Below, piece by piece: positions 48,951 through 61,875 of a stretch of 64,000 bases of DNA (its first letter is position 1; the number at the start of each line of letters is the position of its first letter). The notes under the pieces were generated by a model. That model saw only the letters and a list, made by a program, of their open reading frames with translations. It was not told the origin of the DNA and did no database searches. A program made the position numbers and the translations under genes. Origin of the DNA: Antechinus flavipes. Lineage: Eukaryota. The stretch lies in NCBI RefSeq assembly GCF_016432865.1, contig NC_067400.1, positions 485,150,001 through 485,214,000 on the forward strand. Reading direction: 5' to 3'.

Positions 48951-49899
48951 ATGATTTACAGAAGTAGACCAATTATTTAGTTAGCCTATTTGTTCTGAAA
49001 CTGATAAAACAATATATATGTGCATATATACATATGTTATATACACATACTTGTGTATATATATGTATGAGTGTATGCTTATGTATATGTATATATGTTT
49101 TGTTTTATTTTACTTTTGCTATCAAAAATACAACCGTGAATAATCTATTTAGATGGTTCAGGACAAAAATCTTTATTGTTTCCTCATGTTTTGTTTTGTT
49201 TTTTAATTTTATTCTTGAGAGCTTATTTCATCTATGTAGACACAAGATTAGTGTCTATATAAGTTTGATTATGGCTGAGAAGAGAAAGTTGCTAGCTTAG
49301 GAAGCTAAGTATAGGTGGACAAGGAGTTGTACTCTATTAACAGAAAGCTATTGGCCACCTATGTCAATAACAAATAAACTCCATCATTTTTCACCTCGTT
49401 CTACAAAAAAAAAAAAAAGTTGACCCTGCTCTCTCTAGCCATTTGTCAAATACTCATGGGTCAATAAAACTAAACTACTCTAAAACTATTTTCCTCATCT
49501 ATAAAATAGAGATAATAACAGCACTATTTCTCAGTCATTAGGAAAAAATGAGAATACTTATAAAGTATTTTGTAGACCTTAAATAATCATATAAATGCTA
49601 ATTATTATTACTATTAATGATTTATAGAAGTAGACCAATTATTTGTTAGCCTATTTGTCCCTGAAAATAAGATTGATTTCTGGAAAATTTTATACTTTGT
49701 TTTATTTTGCTTTTTTTGTTTGTTTGTTTTTATTCACTTATTCTTAAGAAAGAGCTGTTTGGTAATCAAGAAGCTATTGAACCCACAGAGGGAATCATTG
49801 ACAAAGACAAAATTAGTGATTCTAATGTGCTCCTTATTGTGAGACTTATTATTCTGATTATAGAACTCTTTTTCTCTCACACACACATATATACACACA

Positions 49900-50050
49900 T
49901 ACATACATATATAATTTTACAGAAGAGGAAACTGAGACAAACAGAGGGTTAGTGATTTGCTCTGGATCACACAGCTGAGAAGAGTCTGAGGCAGGATTTG
50001 AATTCAGGTCTTCCTGACTCAGACATAGTAGTCTATCCTCTGTGTCATCT
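49900..50050 (-). mobile_element. MIR SINE
   Basis: ttttacagaagaggaaactgagacaaacagagg...caggatttgaattcaggtcttcctgactc. Confidence 0.8.
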
Positions 50051-50635
50051 CTAGGTAAATATTGTTCATTCTTTAATTCAAGATAGCAACAACAAAGATT
50101 GTTCATTCTTTAATTTGGGAAACATATATAAAATGTCAACTGCATACATAGCAGTGAATTCAGAGCCTCCAAAGATTGAATGGAAGTGGATGACTTTAAA
50201 AGGCTCAGCAGCCATACATTTACTTCTAACAACACACCAAGGTATTTAAATCTCTAGTCAGCCATATACATAAGTACTTGGCTTGTAATTCAAAGATCTT
50301 ATGGTGAACCTGCTGAGGCTCCAACTGTAATGAAAAACTCCCTAATTCCTCTTCCCAAGAACTTCTGCCCCCAAAGCCCACCTACAGATGGGGTTAGGTT
50401 CTTACTCTACTGGTTCAGATGAGTTGGGAGCAAGACTCCCAAAAGGACAATATAGAACAAATATAGCAAATAGAAAATATGTTGTTTGGGCCTATTTTAA
50501 ACATCACTTTCTTCTGCCCCACTGATTAGATCATTTGGTTTGATCTCAGTACAAAGAAAACAAAGAAACAAGGCATCAATTAATTTAATTTCATTTTTCT
50601 CCTCTGTCATACCCTTAACCTTCCCATCTCTGTCT

Positions 50636-51017
50636 NNNNNNNNNNNNNNNNNNNNNNNNNNNNNNNNNNNNNNNNNNNNNNNNNNNNNNNNNNNNNNNNN
50701 NNNNNNNNNNNNNNNNNNNNNNNNNNNNNNNNNNNNNNNNNNNNNNNNNNNNNNNNNNNNNNNNNNNNNNNNNNNNNNNNNNNNNNNNNNNNNNNNNNNN
50801 NNNNNNNNNNNNNNNNNNNNNNNNNNNNNNNNNNNNNNNNNNNNNNNNNNNNNNNNNNNNNNNNNNNNNNNNNNNNNNNNNNNNNNNNNNNNNNNNNNNN
50901 NNNNNNNNNNNNNNNNNNNNNNNNNNNNNNNNNNNNNNNNNNNNNNNNNNNNNNNNNNNNNNNNNNNNNNNNNNNNNNNNNNNNNNNNNNNNNNNNNNNN
51001 NNNNNNNNNNNNNNNNN
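50636..51017. other. Assembly gap (382 N)
   Basis: Run of N flanked by TC/TCTG-like repeat on both sides, probably a collapsed microsatellite. The ORFs containing X are artefacts. Confidence 0.99.
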
Positions 51018-51032
51018 TCTGACTCTCTCTCT

Positions 51033-51038
<6 letters not shown>

Positions 51039-51083
<45 letters not shown>
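51039..51083. repeat. (CA)n microsatellite
   Basis: Direct reading. Confidence 0.98.
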
Positions 51084-51086
<3 letters not shown>

Positions 51087-51409
51087 AGCCAGGCAACTCC
51101 TTAATTCTATCCTTAATAAATTCTAACAAACCATCTCAGAAAAAGACTTGATGTACAAAGTGGTATAGGTGAGGAGAAAAATGAATGGATCAATTCATAT
51201 TCTTTCTTGCCACTAATAAAACAACTCAGCATACATACTATGCTGACAATAGTAGTACATTGTTTTACACTTTCTCCCAAATACTTAAGGTTTTAAATTA
51301 AAGGTTCAAAGATTCTAGATTCTGCTTTATGCATTACATGGAGACTAAAGCTAATGAAAGCTAATAACTTTCAATCTGTGATATCTCTGTAGGAATTTAG
51401 GATGAAAAA

Positions 51410-51705
51410 TACTATCCATCCCTAAAGGAAGAACTGATGAAGTCTGAATACAGATCAAAGCATACCTTTAAAATTTATTTTTCTTGATTGTTTTTATTTT
51501 GGTCTGTTTTTTTTAATAACATGACTAATATGGAAATATGTTTTGCATGACTACACATGTATAACCAATATCAAATTGCTTGTCTTCTCAATGAAAGGGT
51601 GAGGAGGGAGGTAGAGAATTTGAGACTCGTTTTTTAAATGAATGTTGGAAATTGCTTTTGCATGTAAGTGGAGTAAATGAAATATTAAATTAGTTTTTTA
51701 AAAAA
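51410..51705 (+). mobile_element. LINE-1 3'UTR fragment
   Basis: gaagtctgaatacagatcaaagcatacc...aacatgactaatatggaaatatgttttgcatg. Confidence 0.75.
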
Positions 51706-52701
51706 ATTTCCATCCATGCAAGGAAATCCAGTTTTCTAGGTTCTGTATGTAGGTCAAGCAGGCAAAATTTGGAAAATAGAATGAATTTCATCCCTAAATT
51801 ACCTACTACCCCCTAGATAATAAGTTGGAATAATATATACAAAAAAATCCAATTTCAAAAAATAAGCAACAGAAAGCTTGAGCTAGACCTATATTTCAAC
51901 ACTTGTGATTTCATTAGTGTCTTTCCCCTCAATACAGATTGCATATTTCTTCATATTATAGCAGAAGGCTTCTGATAATGGCTATTCCTAGATAATTCAT
52001 CACCATAGGAATTCATCACCTGTTGATAAACTTCTGTAAAATGGAACAATAAAAAATGTGCAGATTTTGGAATTAGAAGACCTGAGTTCAAATCTTGATT
52101 TTCCTACTAACTACCTGTGTAACCTCAAGCTAGTTAACTTTACCTCTGTAAGATTCTTCTATTTCTTTTTTGATTAAATTGATGGCCCCCAACATCCTTT
52201 TCACCTCTGAATGTATGATGTCTAATGTAGACAGGCTGGTCTTTAGACAACAGACAAATATTCTTTCTTGGGTTCCAAGAGTGTCTCCAATTTTGATAAA
52301 CTTATCAGAGTTCCTGTTCTCCTGGCTTATCCTTCTGGAGCCCAGGATCACTATCACAACTCAATTAAGTATCAGAGAAAGACTTTAGAGAGGAGTTAAA
52401 GCAAAAGAAAAATAACCTGTTGGAAAGTCTAAATGGTAAAGAAATATACATAATTCCACCTTACATTAAAGCACTGATGAATATGCAAAGTCTGTCTTAT
52501 AGACTTGAAGACTTAGGCATAAGCAAAAAATGAGATTTCCCTCACAGGTTAATTAAGTGAAATCCTGTTTTCTATTAACCTAAAGAAAGAAGGATAATGA
52601 GTTGAGTTGTTTCTATAGGTTCCCAAGAGTTATTTGGGAAACCCCACATTGCACAGAGAGCTATTATTTATAATGCAGGGATTTCTGATTAAAAAACAAT
52701 T

Positions 52702-52703
52702 CA

Positions 52704-52750
<47 letters not shown>
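52702..52750. repeat. (CA)n microsatellite
   Basis: Direct reading. Confidence 0.98.
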
Positions 52751-52752
<2 letters not shown>

Positions 52753-54399
52753 CTATTTGCTCTTACAACCAACTTTTCAGAGAAGTAGTGTTAGGAAATG
52801 TCCAGTTTACAGATGATTGTATAGGCAAGAAAGGAAAAGTGAGAGGCCTAAGGTAGCACAGGAAATAAGCAGAACTAAGATTAAAGCCCATGATTCCTGA
52901 TTCCTATGCAAAATTTTTTTCACTATAATACTTTGTTTCTCCTGAACCTACTAAGGTTCTTGGATTTCTTATTAAGAGTTTCAATTTTCCCAACAATCAT
53001 AGTCATACACCAAAGTCTTTGCTAATTGTTACATTATTTTGTTTATTTGGGATGAAGCATCCAACCTATGTGCACTTGACCTGACATGTACTTAAAGCCT
53101 AGATGGTTTTCTATGTAATTAAGTCTAGTACACTCTGATATTGTCATAGTCTTCCAAGGTTCCAATTTGACAAGCATGTACTAATGGATGGGTTAGATGG
53201 GTTTCCAGTTACATGATTTGTAAAGAATACCTATGTGATGAGATCCTAGATCTATTTGAATATCCAAGTGTGTACAGAACATTTCTGTAGGCCTTGAAGG
53301 AAATGCTGACACATTTTTTAAAAAGAAAAGAAAAAGAAAAACAATTCCTGTCCACAAAAAGTTGACATTCTACTGAAAGGATAGAACCCAGAGATTATGA
53401 AATACAAGATTCTTCAAAGACAATAAGAGCACTAACAACCACGAGTAATCAGAAAAGCTTTCTTATAGCATATGTTAGAGAAAAAAAAATGGCTTCTAAG
53501 ATGGAGGTGAAGAGGGAGTGAATTTAAAGCTTAGAAGAACAACCCTTGCAAAGACTTTATCCTTTGATTTACCCTTTGTAGGACATCACCCTTTGATTTA
53601 ACATTTTTCTAAATAGCTCAGAGAATACAATTAGGTAAAAATTGCAAGTTTGTAGAATTTGTTGTTGTTATTATTAATATCTTTTTGTGTGTTCCTGCAG
53701 AGTCATGGCAGTGATTCGTTTTTCAACAGTTCAGTCATAAAACGCTCAGTTCAAGCACAGGCAGATATTTAGATTTCTAGAGGAACCAAGAGGAACAGGG
53801 AAAGTAAGTTATGTTGAGAGCATCCACAACTACAAATACTGAGCAGAAGAATCTATATTTTGAAATCAAAAAGCAAATTAAACAGTAGGCTGAATTTAAT
53901 TGAATTTATGAAAAGTCTTCAGGCCACATGTGTTTACTGAGGTAATAGAGCCAGTTGAATGAGGCACAGACCCAGGTCCTCAGGAAAGATCATCATTCTT
54001 GGTGTAAGAAGGGTTCCCTACCTACTTGATGGTCTATCACATCCACCCCACCTCACCCTTGGCTATCTGTCTGAAATTACAATATTATAGTTGTATGTCT
54101 TAAGTTAGGGAATCTACAAAAACCTGTAAAAATACAAAAACCTAAAGTCACATTCAAATATGATTCTCCAATAGCAATTTAGTCAATCTGGAAAGGACCT
54201 GAAGGAATGGAGCACAGAACAGATACCTGCTGCTAGGCACTAAAAATGAAATGGTTAGAGCAGGAGTTGTCACAGAAGGATACCCTAGGAAAACCAGAAT
54301 AACAAAATAAATGCTTTTAATTAATTGATAATTGGTATTTTCAATTTTAATATGCAGCTGATAAAATAAAAAGAACATTCATTATTTAACAGATGAACA

Positions 54400-55140
54400 T
54401 GAAAAAGCTGGTTAGCAATGTGGTAGAAAATGAACCTGGACCTACATTTCACATTATGTAGTTCAGTGAATTTCAGCTACATGAAAGACTTAAGCTTTTT
54501 TTAAAACCAAAAAAAGAATGAAAATAAAAGAATGAGACTTTCTTAGTTACAGAAAGGAGATAACTTTGATTCTATTAAACACATAGAAGGAGTTAGAAGA
54601 TATACCATATAAGTGTTTGATTACAATAAAAGAAAATAAATATTTTGCCAAATAAAAAGATTCACACACAAAAGAAAAGAAAAACAGATTGGGAAAACCT
54701 ATGGCAAATATGACATTAAAACTTGATATATATAATATTTTTAATTGTTATGCAAAAAAGAACCCATATTTTTAATATCAATATTTTCTTAGTGGCATTG
54801 TTTTGTTGAAAATCATGAAATACCATAATCTCAAAGGAATTAAAACTCTAGGTGACCTTGAGGGCAGTGCAGAAACTCCTGGTTGGTATAAGGAAGCACT
54901 AACATATTAATAATCATTGTATATGTCAAATCTATCAAATTTTATTTGATCTATCAAATATTAAATGAAACAAAGGAAGCTCTCCAGTATTTGGCAAAGA
55001 GTATCTATGAAGGATTTATGAAAGAAAATAGACAAGTACATAAAAGAGGTTGAAATTTGTACTACCTAAGTGAAAACACATGATTAAGAACAAATATCCT
55101 TCAAAATTTCAGAATAGGTGGAACCATTGTTAATGGGCAC
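54400..55140 (+). mobile_element. Old LINE-1 ORF2 remnant
   Basis: gaaaaagctggttagcaatgtggtagaaaatgaacctggacctacatttcaca... (ENW...LDPYL-like region), heavily decayed. Confidence 0.55.
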
Positions 55141-56164
55141 CTGAAAAGAGATATTATAGGATCTTGTCAGAAACCCTGATATGTCAGCTTAAACCCCAAT
55201 ACTCTGATAGTTTTGCATAGTTGTATTTTGTTGGGGATTGGGGTGGTTGATTTAAATTTGCTGTTGTTAATTATTTTTTTGTGACTGAGCTTTGATAAGC
55301 AAAAACTTACTTTGGCCCAACATCTCCATTATTAGTCAGAGATAGTCAGATGATATCCTTCTCAATTTAAACTCAAGAACAATTTTTATGTGTGGTAGGA
55401 CACATAGTCTCCTATATCGATTGTAATCTGAAATTCAGCTGGATTACCATAGAGATCTTGAGGAAACTAGCAACCTGGATAAGAGGTCATTTCTGTTTTC
55501 TGGGACACAACACTTTTCAAGCGGTTGTATTTCATGGCCAGCAGCTGGTTCATTTCCATTTACTATTCCATTCCAATCTCTTAGACTTTAATCTATTCAG
55601 ATTTCTTTCTACTAAGTAAAACAGAAGAGGAATACCATAAAAAGTTATGAAGCAGTATAGCATAAAGCATAGCATAAGGGCTAATATAAGATTTAGGCTT
55701 AAAATCCAGTCTCTCACCCACCCTGGCTATCACAGAGGACAAGTTAATTAAGCTCTCTGCTCTACCAGGCAACTCTCTCACATTATAAATTGTAGAGAGT
55801 TGGTTGATTTGTATTAATAGAATGAGTTTCTGTATCAGTATGTCGGTAGTGTCATGCAACAATGAGAGCCGGAAAATATCACCTTCCCTAGGCTCCCCCC
55901 CCCCCCTAAAAAAAAAAAAAGTTACCAGACATGATAAAAATTTCACTTTAGAGGGGCCTTTGATGTCCTCCTATTTTTCTTCTCATTTAATGACCTCTAG
56001 GATGTAAACTTCTATGAAGTCTAGGAATGAAACAAAGATTGCTCTTATTATTGTTTGTCCTTTGCTCTAGAAGAAGAACAATAAGATCAGGAAGTTGATT
56101 TTTTGGTTTACATGGAATGAAAGAAGGAAAAAGGACTCAGCACTTAACATGGAATGGAATATAT

Positions 56165-56415
56165 TGTTGTTCAGCTGTTTTTCAATCCTGTACAACTCTT
56201 CATGACCCCACTAGGGTGTTCTTGGAAAAGATATAAAGTGATTTGCCCTTTCCTTTTCCAGCTCATTTTACAGATGAGAAAACTGAGGCAAACAGGGTTA
56301 AACATCTTGCCATGTGTCACACAATTAGTCACGCAATTAGGTTTGAATTCAAAACGATCATTCTTCCTGACTGATTCTGGGCCTAGTACTCTATCCACTG
56401 TGCCACCTAATTGCT
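56165..56415 (-). mobile_element. Mar-type CORE-SINE
   Basis: gttgttcagctg...cttcatgacccc...gctcattttacagatgagaaaactgaggcaaacagggttaa. Confidence 0.8.
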
Positions 56416-57209
56416 TCCAAAACATAGTAGCCTTGTAATAAATAATTGTTGATTGGTTGATTAAAACATAAAGATTTAATATTGAAATTGTTTGGAAGAA
56501 GAAATAAAAATTTGTTGTAGCAGCAATAATAACTTGAATTCCTCTAACACTTTTTGGTCAATATAACACAATACACAGAATCTCATTTGACTATCTCAAC
56601 AGCCTATTTGACTGTCACAATGAGAAAGGTAGGTTAAAGAATGTCATATCTATTTTATAGATGTAGAAACAAGTTCAGAAAGAGAAAATAATTTCCCCTG
56701 AGAACATTTAGTAAGCCTGTTCTCCTGGTTGTTTTGCTTTTTGCACTGTTAGGACACAAATTTAGAAATCTCAAAGTAAATCAAGTTTTCCAAACACAGC
56801 TCCTTACTCAAAAGGGTTTGCCTTTAAAATGGGTGTTAATTAACCTTGGTCTACAAACTACCATGATATGGGGTTTCCACTTTTCTTATTGAAGTTGGGT
56901 ATACGCAACTATCCAACCTTAAAACTTAATTCTTGCTTTTTGTTTTGGAGATTTGTCCTTTCACTGTCAATCCCACATATGCAGTAAAGGAGTGGATCAG
57001 ACAACCTTAATCTATTGATTTTCCTCAAGGAAAGTTGATAAAATCACAGAAGCTTAGGTCTGATAACAGAAAATGAGGTGTTAACGATTTTAAGTACAAA
57101 GATATGTCTACACTCTTTTACTTCTTTATAGGGCATTGTAAATCAGGTCAAAATTTGTTATATTAGAAGACAGCCATTGGCTATCAAAGATTATCTATGT
57201 CCTTGGTAT

Positions 57210-59100
57210 AATTTTTTATTTTGAAAATAAAATTTTATATATTCTTCTCCATCCTATATATCCTCCTCTGTCTCTTCTGAGAATGCAATCTCTTATAATG
57301 AAATTTTTTGAAGAAAAAAATCAGCACAATTAATCAATATGTTAAAGAAATCTAATGTTATATATAATGTTTCACACCCTAATTCACTATCTTCTGTAAA
57401 TAAGTTGGTGAAAGTATCTATTTTTATCTCTTTTCTGGGCAAAGTCTAAACATTATCATTTTACAATATTCCATTTTAATTATTTTGTAACTATTGTTAT
57501 ATCCAGGTACATTGTTACACATGCACACTGCATATATCATTTTCCTGTTTCTGTCTACTTTATTTGCCTCAATTCCAGGCTTTTCTATACTCATCATATT
57601 CATCTTTTTTAATAAAACAATAATATTTTATTACATTCAATTATGACAGTTCCTTTAGCCATTCTCCAACCAGTGAAAATTTACTATGTTTCAAGTAGTT
57701 TGCAACTGTACAATGGAATACAATAAATATTTTAGCAAATTTTTTATTTTGTCATTGACTTCTTTGGGACATATGTGTAACAGTGAAATCCCTTTATCAA
57801 ATGATATTTTTTTACATGATTACAAATAAACTACCTTTTTACAGGGTAGTAAAAGTAACCCACAGGATTACCAACATGGCATTAGGGTGCCTATTTAACC
57901 CTCCTCTAGATGGGAAGTAATCCAATATATATTAAACCTGTGCAATTCTTCTACATATATTTCTACAATTATCTTGTTGCACAAGAAAAATCAGATCATA
58001 AAGGGAAAAATGAGAAAAAAAATGCAAGCAAGTGACAACAAAAAAGTGAAAATACTACATTGCAAGCCACACTCAGTCCCCACAGTACTCTCTCTTTTGT
58101 GTAGATGGTTTTCTTCATCAAGACTATTGGAACTGGCCTGAATCACCTTGCTGTTGAAAAGAGCCACAGCCAAAAGAATTGAGATGATTACTTCTTTATG
58201 ATAAAATTTGAATTGTAAAAATGCTATTCTCTCTTCATTTCTACTTTTTTCATAATTTCCCTTAATACATTAGATTTTATATTTTGTCTGTCTCTAAGCT
58301 TTTTTGGTAGTTCAGTATAGCATTAAATCTATAAATTATGTAGTATTGTCATTTTTATATTATGAGCACAATTTAGCTATGAACATTAAATATTTTTCCA
58401 ATTTCTTTTAATACTATTTTGTAATCATTTATATAGATTGTGCTTTGAAAGTTTGAATTCCAGATATTCTAAGCTTTTTTAGTTATTTTAAATAGAAGTC
58501 CCTTTTTATTATTGCCTTTTGGATTTTGTTATTGCTACATATAATGCTATTGATTTTTGTGCTTTTATTTTGTGTCATGCAACTTTCCTGAAGTTATTTA
58601 TTGATCCAATTGATTACTTTGCTAATCCCCTAGGATTTTCTAAGTAAATTCTCATAATATCCACAGATAAGAATAGGTTTATCTCTAATTTGCTTATCTT
58701 TATGCTTTTTTGTCTTGCTACTATAGCCAGAATTTCTAGTATATCAAATAACATTTAGGGGAAAGAATACATGCATACTTTACTTATTTATTCAGAAAGC
58801 TTCTAATGTTTCTTTCCTCTTCTTACCTACCCCATTTTATATAATACCAGTTTGGGGTTTTTGATACTGTTTTGTTATATTAAATAAAGACCCCTGGATT
58901 CCTATGTTTCATAGGATTTTTAGGAAGAATGAATATTTTCCTTTTCAAAGATTTTTTTCTGCATCTTCATATCATGATTTTTGCAGATGTTTTTGTTTTC
59001 AATATGATAAATTATATTCTTTGTTTTCTAATGTTAAATTATTCTTTCATCTTTAAAGTTCATTTGATCATAGTGTTTGATTTTTTGGACAAGTATTAGA
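57210..59100 (-). mobile_element. Old LINE-1 ORF2 remnant carrying a younger nested L1 3'UTR (about 57905-58175, minus)
   Basis: Reverse L1 RT-like sequence (ccctaggattttctaagtaaattctcata; tttttttctgcatct...catgattt) and an inserted gcacaagaaaaatcagatca...gaaaagagcc segment. Confidence 0.65.
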
Positions 59101-59613
59101 TAATCTTTTCTCTTTCAGGATTTTACATAAATGGTTTAGAGTATTTAAAATTCAAGACATGCTAATTTAGGGATAGATGAAAAACAAGATGATTCCAAAG
59201 AATATGACCTCTGGCAGAATAATACAATATTGTAGAGGAAATTGTTCTTTCCATTCATTCCCCTTGTGAGCCCTATTTCTGAGTTTCTGAACTTCAAAAC
59301 TTCACCTTCTCTGATGCTGCCTCATTCTAGAATTTCCTTCAGCATCTTGGTGTCCCTTGTCCTAAATAGTCTACCACTCCTTTAGCTTGATTACCCTGGG
59401 ATATATGGCTCATGAGACCCACTCTGCTTTTCTGGTTGATGAGTTCTTTTGGAGTTTCCAGTTTGTAGAAGGGCTCAGACCAATAAACTTTCATTCTCTC
59501 AGCCTTGTTCACACCTCTTGCACTTCAGAGCCATGCCTCTGCCACTGACTTTTATTGGAATTTTCCTCAGTGCTGGGTATTTTAATCCCATGATTCCAAG
59601 CCCCCTTTTTTGA

Positions 59614-59634
59614 TTGTTGTTGTTGTTGTTGTTG

Positions 59635-59668
<34 letters not shown>
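59614..59668. repeat. (GTT)n microsatellite with one interruption
   Basis: Direct reading. Confidence 0.97.
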
Positions 59669-59929
59669 ACCTTCTCTCATTGAAATGTAAGCTTCTTGAA
59701 GATTTTGGACAAATTTTTTTTTTAATTATATTTATGTCCCCAGAATTCAGCACAATCCCAGGAGCATAGTAATAATTTAATACATGCTTTTTTCCTTTCT
59801 TCCTTCCTCTTTAGGTGGGAGAGATTTCCTCTTTTACTTTCCCTTCCATGAGGTATTATACCTTGCCATAGAAATAGCTACCCATCCAAAGCTACTGCAC
59901 CTAATAGGAAGCAGACCAAGAGTAACAAT

Positions 59930-60190
59930 TAATAATAACTCATAACCACTCACATTTATATAGCTATGTGTCAAGCACTATGTGTCAAGAACTATTCTAA
60001 GTTTTTATAATATTTCATTTGATCCTCACAACCACCCTAGGAGATAGATGCTATAATTATTCTAATTTTTACAAATAAGGAAATTGAGTCAAACAGAAAT
60101 GAGTTGAGTTGTTCAGTATCACAAAGCAGTAAGCCTCTGAGATGGGATTTGAATTCAAGTCTTCCTGGATCCAGGCCCTATGTTCCATAT
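59930..60190 (-). mobile_element. MIR SINE
   Basis: catttgatcctcacaaccaccctagg...ggatttgaattcaagtcttcctggatccagg. Confidence 0.75.
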
Positions 60191-60564
60191 TTTGTGCCTA
60201 AGAATAAAGTCAATTCTTACTGTAAGTTGTTGAGGTACATAGGGGAACAGGCAAAAAAAGTCCAGCAAGTGACTATCCAAGCAGAAATTCATCACCTGTG
60301 GGAACAGCATGAAAACAATATAAAAGGACAAAAGGACAGTGCCAAAGAAATGAGTGGTCTTGATTACATGGATCCTCAAAACATAAAATACTCTAATAAT
60401 ATATTCCAAATTATATTCCACTCTTTCCACTGACATTATACATTTGTGGAAAAGTATACTACAAGTTTATGAAGATTAATTGTAACCACTATTCTTTCTC
60501 TGCTGTCTCAAAAAATGCCTTTGCTAATTGTGTCTACTGAATGACTATTAAAGGTAAGTACACT

Positions 60565-60714
60565 GGGGTAGCTAGGTGATGCAGTGGCTAGAGCACCAGC
60601 TCTGAAATCAGGAGGACCTAAGTTCAAATCTGACCTCAAACACTTAACCCATCCTAGCTATGTGACCTTGGGCAAGTCACTTAACCCCATTGTCTCAGCA
60701 AAAGAAAAAAAAAG
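60565..60714 (+). mobile_element. WSINE1-like short CORE-SINE with a 14-bp TSD
   Basis: TSD aaggtaagtRcact (60551-60564 / 60715-60728, 1 mismatch), A-rich tail, head ggggtagctaggtgatgcagtgg. Confidence 0.92.
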
Positions 60715-61734
60715 AAGGTAAGTGCACTGTGAAGGGCTCAAGGACTAAAATTTTCAGATTCATAAGATAACTTGAATTTAAGGGAAATAGCCTCCCTAAT
60801 AACAATCCTGAAAGTTTATGTTGTATGGGTAGTTACAAAGGGATCTTCCAAATGGTAAATTACTAAAACAAGGAAAGGAGAAATTATCTAATACCTTTGT
60901 CTTTTCAGTGTCTAAAATATATATATGTGTATTACACATAGACATATGAAATGTATGCAACCTATTAGGCTCATTGTCTACCCATATCCTAAACCACTTG
61001 AAAGCTAAATTATTTTTAAGCTCTCTTTACTCTAATAATGAGATAGAAAACCAATGATGTCTCATTTTCCCAGTGTTATCAAAAATTGAGTCATTTCATG
61101 TGAATTTCTAGCTATATGAAGTTTACCTCTCTAAGAACAAAACTTTTCTTAATTTTCTGTATAACATATCTCCACTCTTCCATGCTTTCTTAAGCAAAAT
61201 ATAAAAAATATAATTGGAACTTCTTAATGGCATGGTTTATAAATATAAATTATTGTACTACATACTATCACATGATACCTATAAGAGATATTATAGTAGG
61301 CAGAGTCATTTATCACTACACTGAATAGTCCAAAGCCATTGTGATGGACTTTTCTTTTATGGAAAAAGTAGTTTTCTTCTCCTTTCTAATAATCTGCAAT
61401 CAATTTATACAGTGATTAGTGGAACCACTTCTAACAGCTTATTTTTACTTCTTCTAATTAACTACTTTAATCTGATAGAGGATGGGAAACAAAGTATCTG
61501 GATGTACTGGAACTATATCAAAGATAAGAAAATAGGTTTCATATCCATAAAATATATAAACTTCAGACTATAAACTTTGTGATATCTATTTATCTATTTT
61601 TGATTACTCAGAAGTCTATAATGCTGTCTTCCTGGATCTTGGCTATGCTTTGTCTAGTTAATATTTCTAATAACTGATTTCTAGACATTTAGATTATTTA
61701 ATTTAGATAGTGTGTGTATGTGTTCATCAGTATT

Positions 61735-61875
61735 TGTTGTTCAGTCACTTTTCAGTTATGTACAATTTCCATTTTGAGTTTTCTTGGCAGAGACTCTGGA
61801 ATGGTTTGCCATTTCCTTCTCCAGCTCATTTTACAGATGAGGAAGCTGAGGCATACAGGGTTAAATGACTTAAGA
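61735..61875 (-). mobile_element. Mar-type CORE-SINE fragment
   Basis: gagttttcttggcagagactctggaatggtttgccatttccttctccagctcattttacagatgagg. Confidence 0.8.

Noticed and set aside
50497-51129. Three long ORFs containing X
   Set aside because: Artefacts of translating through the N gap and the (CA)n repeat
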